Source: Oopsacas minuta
Taxonomy: Eukaryota; Animalia; Porifera
Direction: 5' to 3'
Length of the DNA: 64,000 nt
Assembly (NCBI GenBank): GCA_024704765.1
Contig: JAKMXF010000009.1
Span: forward strand, 1-64,000
Shown here one piece after another: positions 25,701 to 39,700 of the stretch (its first letter is position 1; each line of letters begins with the position of its first letter). A program made the translations under genes and the position numbers. The notes beneath the pieces were generated by a model, which was given only the letters and a program-made list of their open reading frames with translations, was not told where the DNA came from and ran no database searches.

Positions 25701-25801
25701 ACAAACTCCTTATCAGCCCTGCATTTCTCCAATTCCTTAGTCAACTTATCTAGCTCGTCGCTCTGTTGTAATATATGTGCTGCACTTGTTGTAGGCTCCA
25801 T
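15031..25801 (-). CDS. CNTLN: Centlein-like centrosomal coiled-coil protein: exons 25801-24470 and 16749-15031 (~1016 aa; extra small exons not excluded)
   Basis: Exon 1 has the centlein N-terminal signature ELEKCRADKEFVWGLWKKLQKNNPDLNAAIEMVVQREK. Exon 2 resembles the centlein C-terminal part (RIASLNRQ, RLKSSSDECSRQ, KRHLLEDM). Donor AAG|GTTAGT (24469) and acceptor TCTTCAG|GTA (16750) are both phase 0. Confidence 0.78.
17355..19031 (-). CDS. NAPRT: Nicotinate phosphoribosyltransferase, single exon, 558 aa
   Basis: TDFYEITM, LIQLLET, RRAPGPNGGLTAS, YLGGFDSTSNLLAG, GTMSHAY (phospho-His region), DTYNV, GVRIDSGDL, IPGEKSVYRL. Confidence 0.92.
   Translation of the reverse strand: MAAPNSTNFSSTISGLSTDFYEITMCYSYWKHDRHEDEAVFEISFRKYPYKGNFAIFTGLVECLDFISSFSFQKDDIDYLKRVMPPYIENEFFSYLQSLNTAALNLFFVPEGTLIHPRVPIGIIRGPLGLIQLLETSVINAIDYSTLVSTKASRIRLRCPDKRLIEGGYRRAPGPNGGLTASRAAYLGGFDSTSNLLAGKLYNIPTRGTMSHAYISAHTGMDISSVERCLLISKDSPQQVHLVNRSMFYLDKIKSVCGLLPNSKTNFSELLSFIAFSYSFPSSFLPVIDTYNVNHSGLPNFLAVCLALAEAGYRAVGVRIDSGDLFTLAEHIRDVFTKTAVLFQISWVRTLMVVASGDLEEEAIKSLEDRKTNIGAYLVGTRLVHTEGQCGLGIVFKLVQKGPQPCFKRSETMDKSVIPGEKSVYRLTFSTGLGTADYLCLPQEARPSIRTPLPCVRLPNCEEVQVVPFEVTNLLKRFMPQAYGLPAPKLTRDQITMNLSVVENNIHQTLLSPALFALTRKMTDEVNALELRYSRDIIKNIGSLSPPVYNNILFDPED
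19247..20599 (+). mobile_element. Full-length defective Tc1 (DD34E) transposon
   Basis: 26-bp TIRs CAGTGTCGGTCAAAAAGAATTGCTCA (1 mismatch), TA on both sides. HTH N-terminus, VFSDESRF, FQQDNAPCH and WPAQSPDLNPIEN with 34 residues between D and E. Early stop and several frameshifts. Confidence 0.93.
21341..21550 (+). mobile_element. Remnant Cys-rich C-terminus of a Ginger/KRBA2-type integrase
   Basis: GQGMLRCDCKENCNRKKCQCYRSG matches the remembered GQG-x-x-x-C-x-C...C-x-C...G tail of these integrases. No catalytic core seen. Confidence 0.45.
21933..22444 (+). mobile_element. Helitron/Helentron-like repeat, copy B
   Basis: Same-orientation homolog of 1664-2156 (GAATTGATTGAAGAAACTGG...TTGGGCCTGGCTCGGACA...CACTGCTCAGCCAATAT...GTCGCGTAGCGAC). 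Confidence 0.6.
22715..22787. repeat. (TAA)n microsatellite, ~24 units
   Basis: Perfect trinucleotide run. Confidence 0.98.
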
Positions 25802-26135
25802 GAGCTAGCATGCTCAGTTGATTAATTACAAGCTAAGATAGTATTTAGAAAATGGAACAGACTAATTAATTATGTAAAGAATATACGGTATGCTACGCTT
25901 AATAGGGCCACATCGGGATCAGGCCATTTAGACCCGAAAATTGGAAGAAAACCGGACAAAAAGCATTAAAAACAAGCAGATTTACCAAAATATATTGCGG
26001 TACCACTAAATCTCCATGGATTTCCTTGAAATTTTGCATGATGAATCTATACAAGCATAGATAACTTAAAAAGTACTAAGTTTTTAGACACAAAGGGGAA
26101 CTGATGCAACCTAATACGTATATAACAAATATCTG

Positions 26136-26226
26136 CAGGGGCGGATCCAGATACCTATCCTTAAATCCTAATGTACTTGCAATGCTCAAGCTCAACCCCC
26201 TGAGAATAATCCTGGATCCGCCACTC
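26136..26226. mobile_element. Short hAT-like MITE
   Basis: CAGGGGCGGATCCAG ... CTGGATCCGCCACTC inverted termini. No clean TSD. Confidence 0.5.
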
Positions 26227-29200
26227 TATATGTATCTCGAACCCTTGGGAAATCAAATCTGTCCGAGATAGTTGAGATTTAATAATATAGAATATTGCTT
26301 TTATAGAGACTTTATATATTTAAATTTCTCAATATTTTGATGACGTTGCGAAAAAGTTTGGCATCCTGGTAGTATGTATCATAGGTGTGTAATAAACGCA
26401 TTTGCCCCGAAAAATAGGTGGCCGATACTCGGCAGTCAGCCAATGGGTAAATTATATAATAGACAAAATCGATATCCAGTACTGTCATATGAACGGATAT
26501 TTGTAGCACAAGAAATAAGGAACCAAGGAGAAACTTATGGGAAAATTGAGAGAACCAATAACAAACAAGGACTTTAACCTAAAGTTTGAACTAGATTTCC
26601 TTATAAAAACAAGTGTGTTGATAAGTATGAAGTAAAACATGAAACATGCATATAACAATCTCACTTTCAATTTTCTTTAAATGTAATCTATGTTCCGCAT
26701 CCCGAGAGTTGAATAGCGGGGAGGCCCCCTACTTATGAGCAGTGTACCCCCCACCCAAGTTGGCTAACTCTACGCCTATGGTAAGTATCTACTATATATC
26801 GTTTGAAAAAGAATTGACCATTTTCCCATTGGGCAGCATAATTGCTGTATAACAAATTCACATCAGACAAACTTGAAAAGAAGTACATGATTACTCGGCT
26901 GCACTATAGTAAAGTAATTATATATTGAATGAATCAATTTACTCTCCTTGGATTACACTTTTGAAAACAAACAATAACTTATTACTTGTTAATTGGTTTT
27001 AACAGCAACTTGATTTCTAAATTATAAAGTGACTTATTCAATTAGTGGCGTATTACACAAGTTATAAGGTTAATGTATTGTTGTATTGCTGTAGAGATAT
27101 CACAATTATATCGAGTTAAACAAAAATTATCAATATTCAGAGACTAACCAATTAGTAGAAGATAAATAAAGATTTCAAACATTAAAGACAGGAGAGTAAC
27201 AATTTCGTTAACAGAGTTATGCATCGCAACTGCCTACATGTCATAAGTATAATAAATCTGTGATTGGAAAAATCAAATTACACTTGGAATTATGATAAAC
27301 ACATCGGACAAATTCCAATAGAACTTATCTACACACAATTCTAATAATATTAGTAATACTCTTCACCTAAAGTTATTGCCTTAAAAATAATAATTATGTA
27401 TTGAATATTCCTTGCAGACAATAATACATAGTATTTGATAAGAATGATTTGGACAAAAATACTAATAAATTAATGGTTAATGATTTGAAATCATCTTTCA
27501 CTAGAAGATGTGCTAATTAGCATAATCATTTAGTTGTACCCAAGATAGGTAGAGATGGCACAATTAATATAATTATACAGTTTATCATTGTGTATAACTT
27601 TATTATAGGTCAAGGTTTCTCAAAATTTGACAGACTATGGCTGTATGTATGCCATACTTGTTGTCATCATAACAGGTTGAGGAACCTTGGTATAGGTAGA
27701 AGCATACATTAAATTTCCAAATAGTGGGGGAGCAGACGGCAACTGGTAAAATAGGTTGCTGATAAGCGCCTTCGAGAGAATACGAAAAAGTAAATCGGCC
27801 TCCTATTTTTTGGCCTACTTGGTGACATACACGGCTGTGTATTAAGTATGGCATGATATATATAACTACACCCATTGAATAGGCTTGGGTAAAGACTGGA
27901 CTAAGTACATTAGATATATACTTCATAGAAGTTATGACTAATCATGAATCAATGCATTTTCCATAGAGCAGATAACAGATTAAGATAATTCATTCATTGT
28001 AATATATTCAGATATTTAATAAAATTAACATACAATAATAAAAGGTAGTACAGCTGGTGTGGAGCTGTATCACTTCTATAATCGATCAGTCCTTAATAGA
28101 TAGTACTTGTTCGATCCGTTTTAATAACATTTATCATCTTACAGTAGTGTAGATATTATCTCCCTCTAGGCTCCAATATACCTTACATTAGGATCTGTGG
28201 CTGGCATGAAAATCTAAAATACTAGCATAAATCATTGTTACTATTTAATGATGAAAGTTATCTAGAATTATAAGTGGTGTGGTGTCTTAATCAGAAAACG
28301 TAAGTATTGTTAGACAAACTGTGTATTCTGTAAAAATTCGTCAAAATGATAATGTGGTGGAATATTCCCCATAATACATATGTGTAGATTAATTATTAAT
28401 GGAAATAAATATTCCTGGCAAAGATAGTGGCAATACATAAATTAGCAATTAATACAGTCATCCCTCATGTCCGATGTAAATCTCAATGGATGACTAACAA
28501 AAGATTTGAATATGTTAATATTAACAGCTGTAGCGATAATATTCGTTAGCAAAGTATAGAGAGTATATTTGTGATAGTTTAATCACCATTGACTGATACA
28601 AATAGTTATGCTTTAGCAAATGTGGGTAATTGGGCGTGACGTCATGATGGTAGAGTCAGGTAGATTGCACTCAAAACTACTCAAATAGTTAAGCTACTGC
28701 ATGAGTGTTTATAATAATTATCAACAAATTTGTTGGATGAAAGAGTAGTTCAAGAACGTATCATATGTGGTTTAAACCTGTTTCTAAAGGCAATCATCTA
28801 TACTTACATACAAAGTATGACATTTCGTGTCGGATAACTTAACTTCTCATTCATTCTGGTAGATTTTTCGTAACTATTATTTTAATAATTTTGAAGGAAA
28901 ATTCATTTGTATGAATATATGTTACGGAAGATGTTGGTGTTATAATTATATACTGCTTCCCTTGAGCAAATATGGCTTCTATGTATTAATACAGTCAACA
29001 AAATGGCGAATTGTGTTAGCCACTACATGGAAAACTTACTATATCATTTGCTTAGTCATTTTGCTGACTTTAAATTAGAAACTCTTTGAAGTAATAAATA
29101 TGATATTAAGCAAGTTTAGATATTATCAAATCAGTTATGTTTCAGTAAGGAATTAAATGTTGGCAAAAATTGCCAGATGTTGGACAATATCTACATACAC

Positions 29201-31395
29201 TATCAGCTGATTTAAACTTTAAACTATAACTTTATACCCTCATAGCTGTCTGTGTATTTAAGTAAATATAATTGTATAATTATAAGTTTGAATGAAACAC
29301 AAATGCGCGTAATGCATGATGCAATTAGTTCAGGAGCATATCTATTGTCCCAATATACGTGTAGAAAACAACCACAAGCATTCAATTTCAAAATACGTAT
29401 CTTCTATCTTTTCAATTAACCACGAATTTATGTAATTACATCATAAATTCACTTGAGCTACATAATTCATCGATTTATCTTCTCCAATACAATTTCCATA
29501 AGTTAATACATAACATATGAATGTTGTAATTAGGGATGCAAATATTCCACAGAATAATTGCTTAACCACTGTTAATACAGATATAGCAAAATCCGCCTAT
29601 TAGCAACATTTTTCATGGACACAAAGTGTAGTTTTGTATAGTAATTAGTAATTAGTAATTAATGTGCAGAATAACAGTATTTGAGTATTAACAAGGAAAA
29701 TTCTTGCCAAAAACGATTTACTAATGGGTAGTTTCCACTGTATTATTTAAAAGTGCTACAACCTAACATATTTTCTGGTATAAGTAGTATATTTTGGAAA
29801 TTTAGGATTTTAACTCAAATACATTTCAGTAAATCAATCACTAGCAACAAACAATATAGCATATACAGTGGGTATCGGCCGTATTGCTTAGAAGAACACC
29901 GGTTTAAAGAACCTTTAGGATATAAGAACATATTTTGCAACTTCCAAGGGTGTTCTTATATGCGATACCCACTGTACCAGTATTTCCCAACCTGCTGGAG
30001 CCTACGGATTTGTGATTATAATTCATAAGAAGAATTTTCAGTATTAATGAAATGCAGCAATAAAAAACAAAATATAAGAATTTTGCCAGATAGAAATTCT
30101 TAAAATATTAATCTTGGTCCTAGGAGTATGTTGTAATAACAGAAAAGCATCTTTAGGATTTTCTACCAGCAGCTTAGGTTGCTAGGTATAGTCACCAAAT
30201 AGGTCACTGCACTGGACGGCAAATATCAGCAACCTAGACTGCAGGCGCCGATTGTACTAAGGTAGACGAGTCCAGACCCGCTTATATTTGGAAGGTGGAC
30301 AGGACATCCGCCCAAATGTAATAGAATCAATAAATATAATACCAAAATTGCTAACTAAATTAAAATAACTCATTACGATCGTCACATAATTCTGACAATC
30401 ACCTAATTATATAATTGTATCATACGATATCAATTTCTTTAGGGAGACAACAGCATCCTATCTTGTTGTTGAACCAGCCCTCCTATTAATGTAACAATAA
30501 TGGAGCAAATACGTGAATACAATCTTATACTTAGTGTACCCCAAAAATTAATTATTAGGCAAAAGTACAATCAGTGCCTATGCTGCGGGGTGTGATAGCA
30601 TGTAGCAACCAAATTTGTTGATTAGAAAATACTAATAAGACAATTCAGAATTCAATAAATATCAGGTGAGTATATATTACATATTTGTGTTTGGAAGAAA
30701 TCTGTTGGTAACTCAGATTATTGAATAAATTAACAACTCCGGTCATGTTTCAGTAAAACACAAGAGTCATGTATTTATGCTACTGGAATTAGAGAGATAT
30801 CCCTAACGACAACAGAGAATGATTGGAATGGGAACAAACAAGATGTCAAAGAAATGTAATTGTGTATGAATAGATGAATATATAGTAATTATACTGCCAT
30901 ATAAGTCCTTACGGAGTATTTCCGAAAGAGTTACGTTGCATTTCAATTTTGTGGACTAATCGCAATTTCACTTCAAGATACACAATATTATATTTAAACA
31001 ATAATTAATGATTTGTATCATAGAAACTTAAGAGTAGAAACCTCTAAGTTTCCATAACTATTATTTCAAAACATAAATATTTATCTCCATAAGCGGGGAG
31101 CAGAAATTCATAATGAATTACCTGTTTCTACCTAGAAATCCCCCAGTAATCTAAGTTGCTACATTGATACAATCCAGCTGCAACCAAACATGTTCCCTCT
31201 TACAACTTTTTAGTGAGGTAAATCTAGGGGTTGTAGGAGGATTGTAAATGCGTAGCAGCTTAGGTTGCTGATTAGAAAACTAAATACGTACAAGTATACA
31301 CGGGATTATACAAGTATTCGAATATCTCAGTTAGAATTCGTCGAGATAGATCAGAATATTTTATGATAAGTTTCTACATACCCAATTTATCCTAA

Positions 31396-31971
31396 TCTAT
31401 ATTATTATATCACAATTGTTGTCTGTTTGTCTGTTGTCAAGGAAAGGATTTACGGTATGCAATATTGAAATTGTTGCATAACTATGTATTTATCGTGTTT
31501 ATCAAGGAAGTAAATAGAATTCAATAAAACTTCACTAAACATATCGAACATGCTGAATCCGATTTTCACACTTTTGGATTAATCATATGTAAATTTATTG
31601 TTGTTTTTATGAATATAAAGCAAATAAATTATCCAAATCTCAAAATACACATACAGGCTTGCTCTAAATGGCTACACAGGGGTAAGTAAATATATTGAAT
31701 CTAAATTTCGCATTTTCAAGTTTCTCATATGTAAATTTATTGTTGATTTTATGAATATGAAGTAAACAAATTTCAAAATTGAGGTAGAATCCTACTTTCA
31801 ACGACTGTACTGGGGTAATCAAGTATGCTGAGTCCGAATATGGTATTGTAAACCACATATTGTGAATATTTGTACCGTCTTCCATGTAGCCATCTGTCCG
31901 TATGGATCCCGCATCCCATATAAATATATATAAAGTGGGCATGTTAATAACGGACATCTAAGGGACTAGTC
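31396..31971 (+). mobile_element. Possible non-autonomous Helitron
   Basis: A|TCTATATTATT start followed by a GTCTGTTTGTCTG microsatellite, internal duplicated blocks and a CTAGT near 31970. Shares ATGCTGAGTCCGAAT.TGGTATTGTAAA with ~45927-45956. 3' boundary uncertain. Confidence 0.4.
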
Positions 31972-32716
31972 TAAAGTTCCTATATATACAGAGTACAACA
32001 TATCGCGAAGGAAGAATTGTCCAATTACCTACATCGCGAAGCAAACTGGAAACGTATAGTATGCAAGGTTTCCGTGGAAGGAGAATTTCAATTCTCATAC
32101 CCATTCCATACACACGGAAGCCCTGATTGTATGATATAATGATTATATTATCAAATAAACTAGTGATATGGAAGATTAATGAGATTACGTTCGTTGATAA
32201 ATTGCTGATTAATCAATAAGATTAGTGTCTAGATATATTTATATACGCTAATAAACAAAAGAGTGTGTCAAGCATTTGTCATCAGAATTACCTCAATTAT
32301 ATAATCAAAGGCTAGTGTCCAATAGATTTATGTAGAATTGCATAATCAATTTGTTCATAGTCTTTTAGTTCGTATTCAAATAAGAATAGATCACACGACT
32401 ATCTCTACAGATGTATATCTATATAATCGCTGCCTACACAAGTAAAGTGGCTTCACAACATGACACTAACCAATACACAATTATCAGATGTATCATAAAT
32501 CACAACTGATTACCAGCTTTTTCGAATTACTTTATAAGTTACAAGGGTGGGAACATGTTGTTAACAAATTCTCCCTATATGATAGTAAGAACAAAGAGCT
32601 AATGAAACTCAACCAAGTAAGATTGATTTCATGTAATACACAGCACAATAGAGAGAGCAAAAGCTTTACACTAAAATCAATAAAATATCTTTCAATAAAG
32701 TTTGTAATCAGTGTAA

Positions 32717-33054
32717 GGCTACTGTTGATGAGAAACTTGTTTCAGCTCCACATGAGATCCACCTGGCCATACATAGGGGAGGGTGGCTCATTATAATTAT
32801 TTCATTATTTTGCGACGTGTAAGCGGGAAAATTGGTTCATTCATAAAACAATATTAAAATGAAAAAAGTCAAATTCGATATTACGTATAATATGCTAGAC
32901 GATTGAAAAGTCATCTCTATTGTACTATTATCTAGTTTATTCACTCTGTAGCTTAACTATATTGAGTAAATGGTGAAATAATGACAATATTGGTGCGGTT
33001 GCCAAATCAGATGCAGACGGTGGAGCTGAAACATGTTCCCAACCTACAATTACC
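32717..33054. mobile_element. PIF/Harbinger-type MITE, copy 1
   Basis: TAA|GGCTACTGTTGATGAGAAACTTGTTTCAGCTCCA ... TGGAGCTGAAACATGTTCC with a degenerate right end. Confidence 0.75.
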
Positions 33055-35944
33055 TATTGTAATGGTAGAATATATATCCAATTTATTTATACAGGTGGCT
33101 AATCAATAGCATGACTGTTTGTGTTCAGAGAATACAACCTTCACACAGTAACACAATATAACTGAATTAAGTTCTTTAGTAAATATATGTTAGGAATATG
33201 TTAAATAATAAATTATAGAAGAGATTTGTTCTTTGATAATATTAATGTTGTACAGATGGCGTGGTTTATGACCATAATTTTGTAAATATAACACAAAAAT
33301 CTCGCGATTAGAAGATCAAGCATAAACTTCAAAGAATAGATTAAAGACAGTTAAACTTGCAGTAATTAATGAAATAATAAATTTATTATTACCATATTAT
33401 TGTAAAGATGTGCTTATTGCCATATTATCGTAAAGATGTGCTTATTATAATTAATAGATAGTGTATGACACCATAAACGTATAAAATAACATGTTTAGAA
33501 GGAAAATAATGCAATACACATATATACAGCTGTTAGGTCTAAGCCTAATCTGAATAATACATCCGAAATACATAAGATTATCTAAGATATCCATGACTAA
33601 TTGATGACGGGACATACAGTAAGGTATATTCACTTACAGGCAACGTTAACAGGTAATAATGAATTAGATAAATTATAGTTCGCAATTATTAAATTTTCCA
33701 AAAAGGAAGTCTACTGAGCATAAATGCCAATATAATTAAGGAAATTGATAAGGCATCAGTTTCTCACTTTAGGTCTCTATATGGCTTCCCTTACTTCTGA
33801 TTGTGATTAGTTTGCACTCCTACTGACTCCTGGCAGCCTGGATAGCTAGTCTCAGGTGATAAAGGTCATTTCGGGACACCTGGGGTCAGTGGCGATAAAT
33901 ATCTATCTAGGAGTAATGGAAATTACCCCTAGATAGATATTTATCAGGACTATATTAGTAACTGTGTTATTTATGAAATCGTGACAAAGCGTGGCATACG
34001 AGGGGTCCCTGACTCTTGTACTGAAAAAATCAAGAATTATGTACATAGAGCAATCGTAAAAATAAGTGGGAAATTCTATGATAAATTTCTGAATAATCAA
34101 TTTATCGCATATGATGAATTGAAATTTTTGAGTTCCTCAGAAGAATATTTCTTACAATTTTAAATATACTACCAGCGAACTTCAAATATCATTGACAAAA
34201 CAGTCGTTGGAGGAAGTGGCTATACATATTGATTCAAAAATATCTAGTTAAAGGACAGTAACATTCAAAATTATAGATGGGTAAGGGGTATCAGGAGATT
34301 CGCCGTCTGACACTTATGGAGGTTCTACTGTATTACTTTAAGAGCAAAATATATTTACACAAAAGAAAATATGTCGCAAGAAGTCTCTAGAGAGAATGGT
34401 TCTGTGAGAAATCTTGCTGAAGCCTGTTCAAGTATGATGTGATACTTACAAGAAGCTAGCAGTATACAAGCAACAATTCATTGTATAGTAAAACTGATAA
34501 GAATTCTAAGTAACTCGATTCGTGTAAGAAAAAATTTCAGCTTCAAGAAGTTGTACTAATAAACTCAATGCAAAAATAATATAGATTATTAGGAATAAAC
34601 GCAGGAAATCACTGATGAGTAGTTATTGATTAATGAGAATATTGAGATAATATTCCTGTTACGCTATACATAGATGAGTTCATTCTCTACTGAGCATTAA
34701 GATAATTGTAAGAAATTAAGAATATACAATAATACAAAATATTACCCCTTTCTTTATTCCTTGCTAAGATAACTTAATACACTAGATCATTATTAATATA
34801 TGACTAATGATAATCTAGTGTATTACGTATAATTGGGAAGGCGGAATTTGACCTAAAACTGATGTAGGAAAATTACCTAAAATTGAAGTAGGAATTGACC
34901 TAAAATTCATTTCGTTTGGGATTGATAGAATTCTGACCGAGATGTTTGTATTGATTTGTACTTGTGGTCATAAGTGGCGTATTATATGAATAATTCAACA
35001 ATTATCAGGAAAGAGTGTTATTAAGCATGTATGATAATACTGAATATTACCATATTACCATCACATGTCAAATTATCAATTAATACTGTTATATTACCAA
35101 CAATATATTGTTGGGATTTTGTAGGCGTAGACTTATACGAGTCTATCAGCTACAAAAAAGGAATGGCAACACATAACGGGTACAAATACACTCAGAACTT
35201 TGTTGACAACAAAGTTCTGAGTGATTTCTAGAGGGTAACTACCATTGAGGCAGAGGAGGCAGTTGCCTCCTCGCTTTTCCGGGGGTTGCCTCATCTGCCT
35301 ATTATAATCGCCAGTATATTGAGGAAAATATCCATCCTTGCCTCCTCGCTATGTGATCCCTAGTTACGTCCCAGTATTTTCATGATATTAGTGGATGAAT
35401 CTTGGCCCCGGGAGTTGACCGGAAGTTTCTCTACCCCCTACTTCTTGCTGAGTATCTTTATAACTCACTAAGAATGTGATTGAATTTTGATATTTTTTTT
35501 TTGATTATCTAACTAGTTTGGAATTAGCCGAGAATATGACTTGTTAGTAATATTATATTTCCTACACATTTGCGATGATAGATTAGTAACAATAGATTTT
35601 GTTTTGCTGGTATTTAGTCCTATCTGTAATTGTCATGTGTAGGTAATTGGCAGGCGTGTCAACACAAGTAATACAAGTCTGAAAGAAGCCGATTATCATT
35701 GTACAGCGAAGTGTTGTAACACCAGTGGTATACCCACAACATATTTTGAATATAAGTTAAATTCCTACTTCGCAATATTTAGTTTTTTAGGTAAAATTCC
35801 TGCGCGCGCATAATTCAGGCTACGGTAAAATATAACTGTGATATGGTGATCTGAAATTCTGAATATCCTATAACGAATAACTACACTGAATAACAACCTT
35901 GATAGAAAAAACAAAATATTGAAATAAATTGGTAATCAAGATTA

Positions 35945-36104
35945 GGCCACTGTTAATGAGAAACTTGTTTCAGCTTCACATGATATCCACCTGATCATGC
36001 ATGCACACGGGCGATTCATTATCATTTTCCCATTATTTTGTGACGTATCAGCGGAATCAGATGCAGACGGTGGAGCTGAAACATGTTTCAAACAAACAGT
36101 GGCC
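35945..36104. mobile_element. PIF/Harbinger-type MITE, copy 2 (internal deletion)
   Basis: TTA|GGCCACTGTT...GAAACTTGTTTCAGCT ... AGCTGAAACATGTTTC...AACAGTGGCC|CTA. Confidence 0.8.
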
Positions 36105-36224
36105 CTATCTGAAATAATGTTGATTTCATGCGAGTTAAAAACCCAGTAAGTTTGTAACAAACAGTAAATCGTATTGTAATTAACTTGACGTAGTAAAACT
36201 ATGTAATATGTTAAATGGCTAAAC

Positions 36225-36781
36225 GGGGGCGCTGCACTAGGTCGAATTAAGGTGTTGTGATAGATCGAATTTATTTTAGCTATGCTGTCAATAGATCGAT
36301 ATAGAAAATGGATTTATAGAAACGAGGACGTGATAGGACATTTTATTGTATTAATTATGAACCCGTACCATTGGGAGGGGATTAGGGATTTTGTTCACTA
36401 CCTTATCGGTCTGGGAGTTTTCATTTGTACTCGTTATTAAACTACCTAGGGGCGGGGGATGTGGAGTCCATGCTAATTTTGTGTTTGGATGGACTTTTGT
36501 TGGATTAATCATTAGAAAAGTTTGCAAAATGGCGGATCGCTGGATTTTGCTTTTAAACGTTTGTGCAGGTTATTAGAAATTTAAGGAAGTATTCAGTGTT
36601 TCTCAAATATGAATTGGCCTTAAAAATGAGAAATTCATAGCCAAAATACATTCGCTCCACCAACAACATAGCTAAAATAGAATTCGACCTAATGCATGGC
36701 TCCATTTGAACGAAACCTACTACATGCAACTAGACTTCGACTTAATGTAAATAATTAAATTCGACCTAATGCATGCGCCCC
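36225..36781. mobile_element. MITE with ~24-bp TIRs
   Basis: GGGGCGCTGCACTAGGTCGAATT mirrored by AATTCGACCTAATGCATGCGCCCC, with subterminal repeats of TTCGACCTAATG. No clear TSD. Confidence 0.65.
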
Positions 36782-39700
36782 AGACAGTTCTGATAGTAAT
36801 CAATTCTACTTACATTGGATAATCATGTTCGGAGCAGATTTGAAAAATTTGGAAAATGTCTTGATTGCTAGAAAATATTTATTATTACACTATCAAATGA
36901 TACTATAGTACGTAGAGTAGGAATAGTATCTTTTACATAATTATTTTCGACGGTCATGCTTTTTTGCTTAACTCAACTGTACAATAAGTGTTTTATTATT
37001 AATAAATATTACGTGTAAACTAATAGGATAAATATTGGAAAGATTATAACATTCCATACTAAATTCTGTTACAGGACGACGCGAGAGGAGATCAAACAAG
37101 GACCGAAGGTATGATTACAAGTTGTAAGATCCCACTTAGTGCAGACACCATCTTGTTAAATTAATATATGCGTACATGCATATACACGTAGAATAGAGCT
37201 AGATTTACTTGTGTATAACCGTCACAGCTGTCTTTAATACAGATAAACAATTATATGAAACATCATCAGCAGGAATATACCAGCTGAATATCATATAAAT
37301 ATATTATTAAATTACGCATTTCTTGCCGAAGTAACATTTTAAACTATTAACAGCTGAAGCAGGAGAGTGATGCTATGAGTTATGTTCTATAATAGTGAAA
37401 GTACTTTGCTGAGAGCTCTTACAGGTACATTAAGTGAATATATAAAGGATCAATAACTTATATGAGGCAAATCAAAAATTTGCTGAATTCCAAATTATTC
37501 ATTAGATGTGATATAGTTGATAAGTATATTAATTGATCTAACCAGAATATTATACATGTGTGACATCTATAAGAGTATTAGATGTAAATTACCAGGGGCG
37601 GTTCAAGAGATAGCTATTAGGTTCATAACAGAGCCAGAGAACGTATTTGAAACTATTAAATTTTAGAGCGGAAATCACTTTTCAAACGCATCAACCATTA
37701 AGAAAAGTAATAATTGGCTGATGGAGACAACTTAACAGGGAGCACCTGTGTAGGATTTGCAACATTCATAATTTTAGAGATAGCTTACACCAATATCCTC
37801 AATATTTCAGGATCAGATTAGTCATCAGCTCTATTACTTAATAAAACATTAATATTTTATGATAAAGTATCTTTCCTAAAAATAACTACTGATTTGTTTG
37901 CACTCAAAACAATATTTTGCTGATGTTTTGGAAAATAGAGAAGAATAATTTGGCTCTTCAAACTATAATTCTCTAAAGCTATCCGGAAAAACATGCGTAA
38001 TATCAATATGATTCTCAGTATGATAATTAATCTAAGCATTCTGACAAATAAATATTAAATATTGCAAAAACAACAAAGTAGCGAAGAGCTCAAAAAAGAT
38101 ACTTTATTAATTATCGAGTGAACTTAGATACAATAATCCAATGAGCTGATGTAGACTGGTAATTTTTTCATACGCAATCACAAAAATAATTAAAATATTT
38201 ACGTTAGCAAGATACTAAACTGACTAAGTTTCAGCTGAAGTGTATCACATGAATGGGAAACATATGAATATGATAACAATAAATTCGCAGGATTACCAAT
38301 CAAATTGGTAATTTACTATTGTGGTAAGACCAATCAGTTAGAATCAGTCGAATCGTCAGGGAAACTCAAACCGTCAAGGAATATGCTCTAGATAACATTA
38401 AAGAAAGCTGCATAGGTTATGTGTAATGCAGAGGCAGATCTAAAATTCTTGGGAAAGTGCAAGTGCGCAAGAATGAGAGAGTATAATGATTATTCACCAA
38501 GACCATGAAATGGTAATTGTCTACTAAGCCACCATTCACAATCGATAAACTACTAATTGCAAAAGTGAAAGGTTTTCAATGCCACAAATATAACATTAAC
38601 AAATTCTAAATCATGAATAATTGTATACGTACTTAATCTCGTATTAATATTTAAGTGTTGCTGTGCAGGAAATCTGACAGAATATTATAGGAGGTTAAGT
38701 TTGCAATAAATCTGAAAATAGCAAACAATTTAATATTAGTAATCCTTATAAATATTGATGCATGGTGTATTATTTCAGATAACACTACACTTATATGGAC
38801 ACTGGAAGTAGGATAAGACGTGCTCCTCCAGCTTCTGGGAACAATAGTTAGTACGTATTATCCTAGCACTACTGTAGTAACTGTACTAATGCTTAATAAA
38901 TATCACATAACTGAGTAAAGTTAGCTATTAATCAGTCACAAGTTTGCAAATTTAATTCCAAAAATCAATCGATCTTAAAAGAATTTTGGAGTGAGCAGAT
39001 CCACCCCAGATTGTACCCAATAAGGATTCCAATATCTTAATAAACATTCCTATAAAGTGTGCATAAACAATTACTAGTTATTCTGCCTAGAATCGGCTGA
39101 TAATATTACGAATGTTGAATTTACTTATGTTGCAGATAGGAAGTAGCATAGCATTAACACAAGAATATTCAAAATGTATGATGAAATTGAAAAAACTGTA
39201 ATCACTTTTTAACAAACATGATATATGTATAAATTTGTAATATGTATATGATATAAAGGTGATTAACAAGAAATGTTTGTTTCAAGCTGTTCTCTACACA
39301 TTCCACCTGTACGGAAATAAATATTTCTCTCATATATCATATGATGGTACTGGTTAGCCAGAATAATGAGATAATAACATTATATTCCAGAAAATTAAAT
39401 ATGTTGAATCTGTAGTGTTCCTCGGATATATTAAATCATTTAATGTTATCAGGTAATTTGACGTATAGAAAGCCTGACTAGTCCAGTCTGGTTTTAAAGT
39501 TAATGAACCAAAGCGCGATACTGAATATCAGAATATATAGGGAAATACGATTCCAGGTATAACTAAGTTTAGCATAATAATATAATATCAGTAACTAGCT
39601 GGTGCTACAGCTGCGATATAAATAGCTTATTGATACACTCATATGTTCATTTTAATCTTTTAATAATCAGTAGAGTACTGATAAATCCATTGTTATCTAA

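Noticed and set aside
38390-38560. Peptide CNAEADLKFLGKCK reminiscent of Penelope-like retroelement N-termini
   Set aside because: Too short and stop-ridden, with no RT or GIY-YIG motifs nearby.
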